A DNA stretch of 12,513 nt from Candidatus Bathyarchaeota archaeon (GTDB lineage Archaea; Thermoproteota; Bathyarchaeia; 40CM-2-53-6). The translations under genes were made by a program, and so were the position numbers. Every line of letters begins with the position of its first letter. Positions within the stretch are counted from its first letter, which is position 1. The notes below the pieces were generated by a model that saw only the letters and a program-made list of their open reading frames with translations, was not told the DNA's origin and did no database searches. Shown here piece after piece: positions 1 through 8,962 of this stretch. The stretch lies in the NCBI GenBank assembly GCA_963833125.1, contig CAWHWX010000037.1:1-12513 (forward strand), read 5' to 3'.

Positions 1-10
1 ACTAAGCGTC

Positions 11-52
11 CGAGCGCCCCTCAAAAGGCGCCCGTATCCCTTTTCCTTTTTT
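11..52 (+). terminator. Possible terminator (GC hairpin followed by a pyrimidine/T tract) of a gene upstream of the window
   Basis: GCGCC (14-18) pairs with GGCGC (27-31), plus outer CG/CG pairs. It is followed by TTTTCCTTTTTT (41-52). Confidence 0.3.
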
Positions 53-208
53 CCGATAATATACTAGAATACTAATCAGAGGAGAGTTTTTCCGATTTAT
101 CATAGGTAAAAAAGAAGAAAACGATATTCGTGTCTCGGGCTAAGCGTGCGCCGGAGAAGGCGAGCGCCAGCTGCATCGAGAGGTCTTCCCTTTGTTGTGG
201 CGGGCAGG

Positions 209-625
209 CTAAATCGTTGGGTTGTTTTCTTGGTAACGGAAAGTTGGGTTTTCAAGTTGCTTCGACGCTAGATCCCAATCAACTGCACCATTCGCGTGTG
301 TTCCATTCAACGAATGCTGCGCCCTCTCCCGCCCAAGCCGGAAACTTAGATATTGCGTCCGTATGCGGGTGAATCTTCACGAAGTTCTCCATAGAATCTC
401 TGTCTCGCCAAACAGAGTACGTCCAGAAACGTTTGTGAGGTAGGTCGGTTTTGAGCCCATATCTGACCAGTCCTTTCGACTGTTCTAGTTGCTTCTGCAC
501 CTTTTCAGTCATTTGGAAGAATAGAATTATGTCCCACCAACTTCGGATGGGTAATACGGTTGCGACGCAGAGGAATTCACGGGAACCCTGTCGCCTTCCA
601 CCTCAACTGTTCTTTGCGGTGACAT
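209..625 (-). CDS. Small DUF3291/ABM-like (dimeric alpha-beta barrel) protein; about 2 apparent indels
   Basis: Track ORF 279..512 has FWTYSVWRDRDSMENFVKIHPH, the TxSxW...M..F...H pattern of this fold. The frame extends upstream (REFLCVATVLPIRSWWDIILFFQM), with a likely ATG at 625 in another frame. A second shift near 295 gives ANGAVDWDLASKQLENPTF..., ending at TAG 211-209. Family assignment is by motif recall. Confidence 0.55.
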
Positions 626-728
626 AGCAAGCCCAGACGCTTCAACGAAGTGGATCCTACTTAACAAATTTCGAAAAGAGGCGTTGGTTGCAGGGTTTTA
701 ATTAGCGTATATACCGTAATAGCGGCAA

Positions 729-748
729 TTCACATAGAGATATGTGAA
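729..748. promoter_or_regulatory. Inverted repeat TTCACATA-N4-TATGTGAA, candidate operator upstream of the ppx operon
   Basis: Perfect 8-bp arms (729-736 and 741-748) in the divergent intergenic region, about 80 nt upstream of the ppx ATG. Confidence 0.45.
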
Positions 749-830
749 GAAGTTTCTGGCTTACGAACTTTTGATAAGGCAAGAAGTCAAACATATTGTT
801 CCTCTTTAAGGTGCAACAGAGGTTCAATGT

Positions 831-2339
831 ATGCCCAAGCTTGCCGCAATCGATATTGGTTCAAACGCGATGCGGCTCGCTATTGCGTCAGCTGAGGACG
901 ATGGCCGAATCCACATAATCCACACAGATCGCGAGGCCGTGCGCCTAGGAGAAGATGTATTCGCGACAGGCGAGATATCTGACGCGCGTCTTGTTGAAGC
1001 AATGAATGCATTCCTCAAATTTCGGAAATTGATCAATCAACATAAGGTCAAGTCGGTGAGGGCAGTTGGGACCAGCGCACTAAGGGAAGCTAGGAACCGA
1101 GAGTACTGCATAGGACAAATTTCCAAAGCCACTGAGATAATGGTAGACGTAATTAGCCCAGAGGAAGAAGCTCGCCTAGTCTACGTAGCGGTGTCAAGAA
1201 CACTTAGGCTTGAAGGAAAAGTTGCTCTTCTCGTTGATGTCGGCGGCGGAAGCGTGGAGATAAGCCTCGCAACGGAACGCGAGATAATTGCCACTGAGAG
1301 CTTTGGAATCGGTACTGTAAGGCTGTTACAAATGCTCGACCATCGGAAACGAGGCGACAGAGTTTTTCGGCAACTCGCCCGTGAATATATCAACGTTTCC
1401 GGAACCCGGCTTAGAAAGGAAATCGGTGAACACGCGATAGACCTCTGCATCGCGACGGGAGGCAATGTTGAATCACTCGGAGACCTACGCGTGCAATTGT
1501 GTGACGCCGACAATGACACCTCCATAACATTGGATGAGCTCGACTCTATTCTCAAACAACTCCAATCAAGGTCGTACGAAGAGAGAGTCAAAGATTTCGG
1601 GCTACGACCGGACAGGGCTGACGTTATCATCCCCGCCATAATAGTGCTCCAAATCGTGGCGAAGGAGGCGAGGATTCAAGAAATCGAAATTCCACGGGTT
1701 GGAGTCAGGGAAGGGCTACTTATTGACATGGCACGAGGTTTGGAACGCGATTCGGGTCCACCCGACCGAACTCAACTCATCACTTCAGCGAGGCTTTTGG
1801 GAAGAAAATATGATTATGAGGCCGAACATGCGCAAACCGTCGCTAGATTTGCTGTCGCTCTGTTTGACGCTACCAAGAAACTCCACAAACTGGGCACAAC
1901 CGAACGAACTTTGCTTGAAGTAGCCGCACTCCTTCACGACATAGGATATTACATTGGAACATACAATCACCACAAGAATTCCTGGTATCTGATCAACGCG
2001 TCGCCCCTGATCGGCGTGGATGACTCCGATAAGGGAGTCATTGCCCTCGTAACTCGTTACCACAGTCGTTCCTTCCCTAAGCCGAGTCACAAGGAGTTCA
2101 TGGAGATCTCGCCGAAACGACGGAGGACTGTCGTAAAATTGGCAAGTATTCTTCGATTAGCCGAAGCGCTTGACCGAGAACACTCCGGCCGAGTTGAAAG
2201 CGTGAAAGTTAACGTGAGAAAGAAGAAGTTAATCTTGCTCCTTAAAGGCAAGGGAAACCTCTTACTTGAGAGGTGGGCGCTAAATTCCGGGTCGCGGTTG
2301 TTCGAGAAAACCTACAAAAAGAAGATAGTGATCGTAGTC
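831..2339 (+). CDS. ppx: Ppx/GppA-family exopolyphosphatase with C-terminal HD domain (N-terminal 503 aa of ORF 831..2990)
   Basis: ASKHA/Ppx motifs AAIDIGSNAMRL, GTSALREARN, EEEARL, DVGGGSVE and GVREG. HD-domain motifs LLHDIG, RYH and LRLAEALDREH. No in-frame stop separates it from the downstream kinase in this sequence. Confidence 0.93.
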
Positions 2340-2990
2340 ATGAGTTCGTCAGAACAGAAGCCGCTACCCGGAAAGCTGATCGCCGTAGAAGGAATTGATG
2401 GCTCGGGGAAATCCACTCAAATCTATCTGCTCCGCAGATGGCTTGAGTTAGAACGGTACAAGGTAATTTTCACGGAATGGAATTCATCTTCTCTAGTGAA
2501 AAAGGCAACACGGAAGGGAAAAAAGAAACGCCTGTTGACGCCAACGACATTTTCTCTGATCCATTGCACCGACTTCGCCGACAGGTATGAGAGACAAATC
2601 CTCCCGTTACTGCGAGCCGGCTACCGAGTACTTGCCGACCGCTACGTATACACTGCTTTCGTTCGTGATGTGGTTCGGGGATGCGATGCGGAATGGGTGA
2701 GGAACCTATACAGTTTCGCCCGACACCCAGACGTCACATTCTTCTTTGATGTCCCGTTGGAGACGGCACTCTCACGGATTCTAGAAGGCCGCCCGGAGTT
2801 GAAGTATCATGAGGCCGGCATGGACCTCGATCTCTCCCCCGATCCCTATGAAAGCTTCCGAAGATTCCAAGGCATGCTGAACAACGAATACCACAACATC
2901 GCCCCGAAGTACAACTTCATAGTAATAGATGCAAGCCGCCCCCCCGACGACCAGCAACAATCAGTCCCGATTTTGTTAACCAGCGAATAG
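2340..2990 (+). CDS. Thymidylate-kinase-like protein 1, probable subunit of a heteromeric PPK3-type polyphosphate kinase; true C-terminus may extend to about 3139
   Basis: In-frame ATG at 2340 (Met504 of the 719-aa ORF). GKLIAVEGIDGSGKSTQ P-loop (Lys at 2409-2411) and LADRY motif. An indel near 2966 would give a more natural tail (DFVNQRIDLSKHK...) with a stop at 3137-3139. The PPK3 call rests on the tandem paralog and the ppx/CHAD context. Confidence 0.8.
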   Translation: MSSSEQKPLPGKLIAVEGIDGSGKSTQIYLLRRWLELERYKVIFTEWNSSSLVKKATRKGKKKRLLTPTTFSLIHCTDFADRYERQILPLLRAGYRVLADRYVYTAFVRDVVRGCDAEWVRNLYSFARHPDVTFFFDVPLETALSRILEGRPELKYHEAGMDLDLSPDPYESFRRFQGMLNNEYHNIAPKYNFIVIDASRPPDDQQQSVPILLTSE

Positions 2991-3114
2991 ATCTATCAAA
3001 ACATAAGGCGAAGGGACCACTGCCGTTTCCACCCGGACTCCTCCGGCTCGCTTCCCGGAACAGAAGTTTAAGAGTGCTCTGGGAGAGGCGCCTCAAGGGA
3101 AACCGCTGCAAACC

Positions 3115-3920
3115 GTGGCCCCCGCTAATGATGTGCTGACATTAGCGGATGCTGGAGACGTGACATTTCCGTTCCAGAATAATGGGTCTGAAAAGCATTT
3201 CTTTGGCAAAGGCCTTCCTAAGGTCAACCCTGCGCAACTCAAAGGGAAACTTCTGGTCGTTGAGGGATCAGATGGATCTGGAAGGTCTACACAGATCGAT
3301 CTATTGCACAAGCATCTAGAAGTTCTCGGCTATCCGACAATAGACGTCGGTCTAAAACGGTAACGTCTCGTATCGCGGAGTTGCAGGAAGCTCTTCTGGG
3401 GAATACCTTAAGCCCTGTCACAATGACCCTCTTTTATGCGACCGACTTTGCGGATCAGCTCGAGAATAACATCCTTCCCGCCCTGAAGGCTGGTTTCGTA
3501 GTCCTTGCCGACCGTTACATCTACACGCTAATGGCCCGTGAAGTCGTCCGGGGGATGAGTAGAGAATGGGTACAGAAAATGTACAGCATTGCCTTGGTTC
3601 CCGATGCTGTATTCTACCTCGCCGCCAGCCCCCGCATTCTCGCAGAACGCAACCTCATGAAGAGCGGATTGCTCGACTTTTGGGAATCAGGAATGGACAT
3701 TCGCCGTTCAGGCGACATGTACCAATGTTTCGTCGATTATCAACGAAGAATGCGGGCAGAATTCCAACGCATGGCATTGGACTACAAATTCGAAACCATT
3801 AACGGAAACAGATCTCCCCTTGCTATACACCGAGAATTGAGATCCAAGGTCGAAAAAGTTCTTTCCAGATTACCTCCGATTGAGACTCATCACGATCAGG
3901 AGCCTGCAACCAGCAATTGA
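3115..3920 (+). CDS. Thymidylate-kinase-like protein 2 (variant P-loop), probable partner subunit of PPK3; broken by indels near 3361-3380
   Basis: ORF 3115..3363 (GKLLVVEGSDGSGRSTQ) joins ORF 3381..3920 (TDFADQLE...ILPALKAGFVVLADRYIYT), which is clearly paralogous to kinase 1 (TDFADRYE..ILPLLRAGYRVLADRYVYT). Start is uncertain (GTG 3115 or GTG 3160). Confidence 0.8.
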
Positions 3921-5600
3921 AAAAAAGAAAGAGTACGGTAAGAAAGAAACAGGTCCCGCAAACGCGCAGAGCTCCGGCGTCGCGCAGATTGAACCGCACA
4001 AGGAGAATATTGCAAAATAAACGGCTGGCGATAGGTAAATCGAGGAGAAGACAACCCAAACCCGGACCCGTTCCACAAAAGCCCTTCAAGAAACAAAAAC
4101 CGAAACCAAGACCCAGACCAAAAACAACACTGAAACCGAAACCGGTTTTGAAATCTATAATGCCTGTCGCTCTCAAGCAAGCCCACAAACGCAGAGTCGC
4201 TGCGAAGGCGCCCATTCGACGAACATCCGGCGGGAGGGATGTCCTGAATTTCATTATTCTAGCCCTAGACAAGCGGTGGAACGATTATCTGGCAAGTTTG
4301 AAGCGCTATCAGCAGCTTGCTTCGGTTAAGAATGTCCACGATCTCCGAGTTAGCATTAGACGTCTCACTACAACCATAGATTTGATCGATAGATTCAATC
4401 CGGATAACGTTATCCGGCAGGCTCGCGTCAAACTCAAGGACCAACTCCAGGAGCTAAGTGTTCTTCGAGACGTTCACATCGAAATGGTTAGGATGCGTGG
4501 TTTTCTGAAAGAACTACCCGAGACGAAGGAGTTCTACGACGAGCTACGTGACAAGGAAACCAAGTATCTAAAGTCCGCCAATAAGATCCCCTGGAAGTCG
4601 GATAGAAGATTCATTGAGAACGCCGTCAACAGAGCTAGGATTAGACTCAACACCCGGCGCGCCACTACTACGCCAGAGAATTCTCGCAGGATAGTTGACG
4701 CCGCGTTAGACGTTTCTTTTGATAACTTGAGCAAGAAACTTGAAGATGTTACGCCCGCGGATTATGCCTCGATTCATAGAGTCCGGCTTGCCTTCAAGCC
4801 ACTGCGGTATACAATCGAGATGCTGCAGCCAGTGGTGGGACTGGATAGCCGGCAGCTTAGAACCGCCACGCTTCTTGCCCGACTAATGGGACAAATTCAG
4901 GATCTCGAGGTTCTCATGAAAGATCTAGTTGAGTTCAGATGGAAAAAAGGAAATGTACCTGGTGCGGTAGTAGAGATATGGTTGGACCTCGAACGACGGA
5001 AGATGGAAGCGACCCAACGCTTTCTAAGATCTATTCCAAAATTCGGTAACATCTGGAAGCCAGTTATTCATGAACAAACAGACGCAGCATCCTCAGCTTC
5101 CAAGACCATATTCATTCTTCGGCATGGGATAGCGGTTACTCGTGGTGATGCGGCTTACCCGTTGGATTCGGATCGCCCCCTAACGATGAAGGGTGTGAAG
5201 AGGCTGCGTCGGATCGCTAAAGGATTGCATCGCCTGAATGTGCAGTTCGACCTGATTCTAACGAGCCCATATAGGCGAGCTTTGGAGACGGCGTTCGTCG
5301 TTGGGCGATACGGGGTGGGGCAGATGATTCAAACCTCACAGGCGCTTAGACCCAGTTCTTCCGGAGGAAGCCGTCAGAGCAGTGCAAGAGAAGTACTCAC
5401 CATGCCGACGCTTGCTCATGGTGGGACACGAACCTCAGCTGAGCGCGTTGATCTCAACCTTGACAACGGGAAGCGCAGGCGCGAGGCCAGTACTGAAGAA
5501 AGGAAGCGTTTGCAAGCTTCAAGTAGAAAAATTGCAAATGGGTAAGTGCGCAACACTCATCTGGTTGCTCACCCCAAGGCAACTGATCAACATCGCCTAA
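3917..5600 (+). CDS. Basic N-terminal tail + CHAD (polyP-binding) domain + SixA-like phosphohistidine phosphatase; one frameshift near 5353
   Basis: CHAD motifs HDLRVSIRRL, LRDVHI, HRVRLAFKPLRY and GQIQD. SixA motifs IFILRHG (5120-5128), DRPLT and TSPYRRA. After the shift, LMVGHEPQLS...LKKGSVCKL...WLLTPRQL ends at TAA 5600. TTG start overlaps the upstream TGA (TTGA 3917-3920). Confidence 0.85.
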
Positions 5601-5705
5601 AATTCAAGTCCCCCAAAAATGAATGAGCGAAACTTCTTTGACTTACGGCAGAACAAACTTAGTCTTCACGCACATTTTGTTACTGACGAGAGTTGGGGAT
5701 CGAAG

Positions 5706-6549
5706 TCAGATAGGGACTGTAGGTTTCAATCTCGACGCGGTCCGAACTACGATGTTCAGCCCTAAGACTATCATCAGTAGTATGAAGGCTGCCCCCCAAG
5801 CGAAGGCATGCGCGTTCGGATACGGGGAAGTTCCAAAGTCAAAGATAAGCACGGTCATAGTGGCTGTCGGATCGAAAACAGTGTTCATCATGAATTGGCT
5901 GCCGAGAGCCGTGAAGAGTAGGGGGCGGTTCCCCCATGATTCGAGCAACAGCCAGAGCATCCCCGTAATGATTCCGCTCTTAGCGGTCGAAACAAGGATG
6001 TAGAGGAGCGTCTTTGACCTCGATATTCCGAGGGCCAAGCCACCTTCCTTGATATAAGACGGCACAAGTCTCAGAGACTCGTGAGTCGATATCGCCACAA
6101 TAGGCATCATCATGAAACTAAGCGCGATCCCGCCGGCGACGGCTGAAAATCTGTGCAAGGTGGCCACAACCAAAACGTACACAACGATGCCCGTCACGAT
6201 GGACGGAACCCCCGTCAGAACCTCCGCGATCAGTCTAACGTAGTTTGCGACTCTACCAGGGTATTCGGAGAGATATAGCCCCAGGTTAAGAGTCCTATGG
6301 GTACACCGATTATGGACGCTATTCCGACTACCACTAAGCTACCCTCTAACGCATTCAATATGCCTCCGCCACTTCCGCCGATTGGAGGAGTGATCTGTGT
6401 GAAAAAGTCGAGGTTCAGCACGCTATATCCTAGGGTGGCGGTTTCGTAGAGGATTGAGGCGAGTGGGATTATGGGAATTAGGAGGGCAATTGTGGCTAAA
6501 ACGTAAACAGTCTATTGCTGAACCGTCGTCCACTCAGGGATCTAAACAT
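5706..6549 (-). CDS. pstA: Phosphate ABC transporter permease PstA; several indels
   Basis: ATG 6549 (MFRSLSGRRFSNRL...), then fragments LNLDFFTQ...GGGILNALEGSL...GVPIG, GVPSIVTG, and ESLRLVPSYIKEGGLALG (EAA loop)...AWGAAFILL to the stop at 5706. Confidence 0.9.
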
Positions 6550-7516
6550 CCGTTGACCCCCGGGGATGGAAACTTAGTCTCGAAATTAGTACTCGACCTG
6601 CTAAGTTCATCAGAAAAGCGATCCGAAAAGAATTAGACCGAGCTCGAATAGAGCGGCGAGGTAAATGTTGTTTCCTGCCACTTCTGTGAACTCATTAGCG
6701 ATCACACTTGGGATGGTTTCTGCAGGAAGGAAAAGTGAAGGGGTGATTCGTGCGACGTTTCCGATGACCATGATGACGGCCATGGTCTCTCCGATGGCTC
6801 TGCCCATCGCTAGAACGATGGCCGCGATTATGCCTGTGCTGGCATACGGAACGACTGCCATTCGGATTGTCTCTAACCGTGTTCCGCCCAATGCGATGCA
6901 AGCCTCTCGCTGACTACGCGGGACAGCAGCGACAACTTCCCGCATAACTGCTGACGCATACGGGGTGATCATAATCGCCAAAATGAGGCCGGCGGTGAGC
7001 ATTCCGAGTCCATTTGTTTCACCGGAGAATATTGGAATGAATCCAAGTGAGCCTATGAGTCCGGGATCTATGTAATCTCTCATGAAGGGAACGAGAAAGA
7101 ACAATCCCCCAGAGTCCATAGACTACGCTAGGCACGGCAGCAAGCAATTCAACTAGAAAGATCGAAGGAAGTCGCAATTTCCTAGGAGCCAACTCTGACT
7201 GAAATAGGGCAACACCCAAGCTAATTGGAACCGCAAATAACAGCGCAATCATCGTCGTGACTATTGATCCGTACATTGCGGGGAGTGCTCCTAAGATTGG
7301 AGGTCCACCGTTGGGAGGATTCGGAATCCATAGGGTACCTGTCAAAAAGCTGAGCCCTAGGGCTTGAATAGAGTCCAAGCTTCCAGTGTAAAGCGAATAC
7401 ACGGTAAGAGCCGCGATGATTGGAATCGCAACCGCTGCAATAATTAAGAGGAAGTGCAAAAAATCGTGGTGCCGTGTCCTTTGGCGGACACGGTTTTTCT
7501 TGAGTTGCTCTTGCAT
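6542..7516 (-). CDS. pstC: Phosphate ABC transporter permease PstC; indels near 7110 and 6620
   Basis: Motifs ELLAAVPSVVYGLWG, ILAIMITPY, REACIALG, GRAIGETMAV and IANEF. The corrected C-terminus (IAFLMNLAGRVLISRL...) stops at 6544-6542, overlapping the pstA start. Confidence 0.92.
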
Positions 7517-7532
7517 CAGACGTCGCTGGCTT

Positions 7533-8814
7533 CTATCCGGTCAGGATGACTGTGCCTTGGTAGTTGAGCGTCATCAGTAGTTGTTCGTCAGCTGCAACAA
7601 CGTTTGCTGGGAGTGGTACGTAGTCCAATGGCATTGAATACTGCTGTCCGTCGTGAATTGCCCACCAAAGGAAGTGTACTAGGGCTTGAGCCTTGGCGAG
7701 AGTTGTGCTGGGGTTTGCAGACAAGTCTTTGTAGACGAGGATGTAGGTGTAGGTTGAGATCGGATAGGATTGTGCTCCGGAAGCTTCTACTAGGTGTATT
7801 CTAAGATCATTGGGGCTCGGCGTGCCCGTTGCGTTCTGAGCGGCGTAAAGGATTGTTTGTAGAGTTGGTACGATGAAATTGCCTGCTGGGTTCTTGACTG
7901 CGCCTACTCCGAGGTTGTTCTGAACTGCGTAGATAAGGTCAACATAGCCTAGGGCTCCGTTGGTGTTCACAACCGTGCCCGCAACTCCCGAATTACCCTT
8001 TGAGCCAACGCCATAAGCCCCAAGCTTCGTATCGACAGGCCAAGTCACCGAAGTGCTGTAACCGACCTGCGCTGCCCAGTTTGGGACGGCAACTGACAAG
8101 AAGTTAGTAAAGGCATATGTCGTTCCGCTGCCATCTGATCTATGCACTGCGGTGATGAAGCCGTTCGGTAACGCGACACCAGGATTGAGAGCCACAAGGG
8201 CTGGATCATTCCACTTGACTATGTTTCCCATGTAGATGTTAGCTATGACCTCTGGTGTGAAATTCAGCGTGGCCGTGTTTTGACGCCCCATGCTTGCAAA
8301 TTGTATGTTATGGCCACTCCCCCGAGTGTCTCAGGGAAAAGAGTGATACCTGGCGCGGCTGCTAACTGCGAGTTATTTAGGGAGCGTCGGGGCACCGAAG
8401 TCAACTGTCTTTGCCGATATCTGCTGTATTCCGCCCCCGCTACCAATGGGATTGTAGCTTATGGTAACTGCAGGGTATAGCTGGTTGTACGTAACCGTCC
8501 ATTTCTGAAGTAACGGGGCGGGAAACGTGGCCCCCGCTCCAAGAAGCGAGACGGGCGTCGTTGGTTGGTATCCTGCTACAGAAGACGTTGCTGACGCCAT
8601 GGAGGTTTCGGTCATGGTTGTTGAAGTCATCACCGATGACGCTGATGACATCAACGACGACTCGAGACATTACCGATGTAGCTGACATGCTCTGAGATGT
8701 GCTATTGTTCATTGTCGTGAAGTAGTATCCTCCTGCAACTGCCGCCAGTACGACGACAACAAGAGCAACTATTCCGACATTACGCTTGGTATTCTTGCTT
8801 GACATGCGAATCAT
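7533..8814 (-). CDS. pstS: Phosphate-binding protein PstS with N-terminal membrane anchor and S/T/M-rich linker; about 3 indels
   Basis: GAGATFPAPL...W, YNPIGSGGG, VDFGA, HRSDGSGTT, KGNSGVA and YPISTYTY are spread over track ORFs 8440..8814, 8373..8654, 8264..8446 and 7533..8291. N-terminus is basic then hydrophobic (KRNVGIVALVVVVLAAVAGGYYF). AGGAGG lies on the - strand at 8835-8830. Confidence 0.93.
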
Positions 8815-8859
8815 CGCGAACGCACGTAGCCTCCTATTCTTATTTAGCGAAAACGCATT

Positions 8860-8909
8860 GTGAACATGCGTACATATGTGTGTTCACCATCATCTATATG
8901 ATTCATATA
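8860..8909. promoter_or_regulatory. Palindrome cluster in the divergent pstS/pstB promoter region (candidate operators)
   Basis: GTGAACA(8860-8866)-N14-TGTTCAC(8881-8887), with internal ACATATGT (8872-8879), and perfect TATATGA-T-TCATATA (8895-8909). Confidence 0.5.
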
Positions 8910-8962
8910 ACTCGCATTCAATGACTCAATCATCACAGTAACCGAATGGTCGGTAGCGAAGC

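Noticed and set aside
48-96. Direct repeat TTTTTCCGAT at 48-57 and 87-96
   Set aside because: Only two low-complexity copies. It is not a CRISPR array and is weak as an operator.
130-372. 80-aa + strand ORF
   Set aside because: No motif, and it overlaps the better-supported DUF3291-like gene on the other strand.
3361-3363. TAA inside kinase 2 as programmed readthrough or a true split gene
   Set aside because: The downstream half is in a different frame, and the expected GLKRSxLVSxEL is recoverable with small indels, matching the window-wide error pattern.
2340-3920. Annotating the two kinases as ordinary dTMP kinase (tmk)
   Set aside because: The tandem paralogs, the K-to-R P-loop in one copy and the ppx/CHAD/SixA context argue for a polyP role, so the symbol was withheld.
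3823-4272. Antisense ORFs 3823..4272, 3870..4076 and 3896..4186 (Phe/Gly/Leu-rich)
   Set aside because: These are shadows of the low-complexity K/R/P coding strand, with no independent support.
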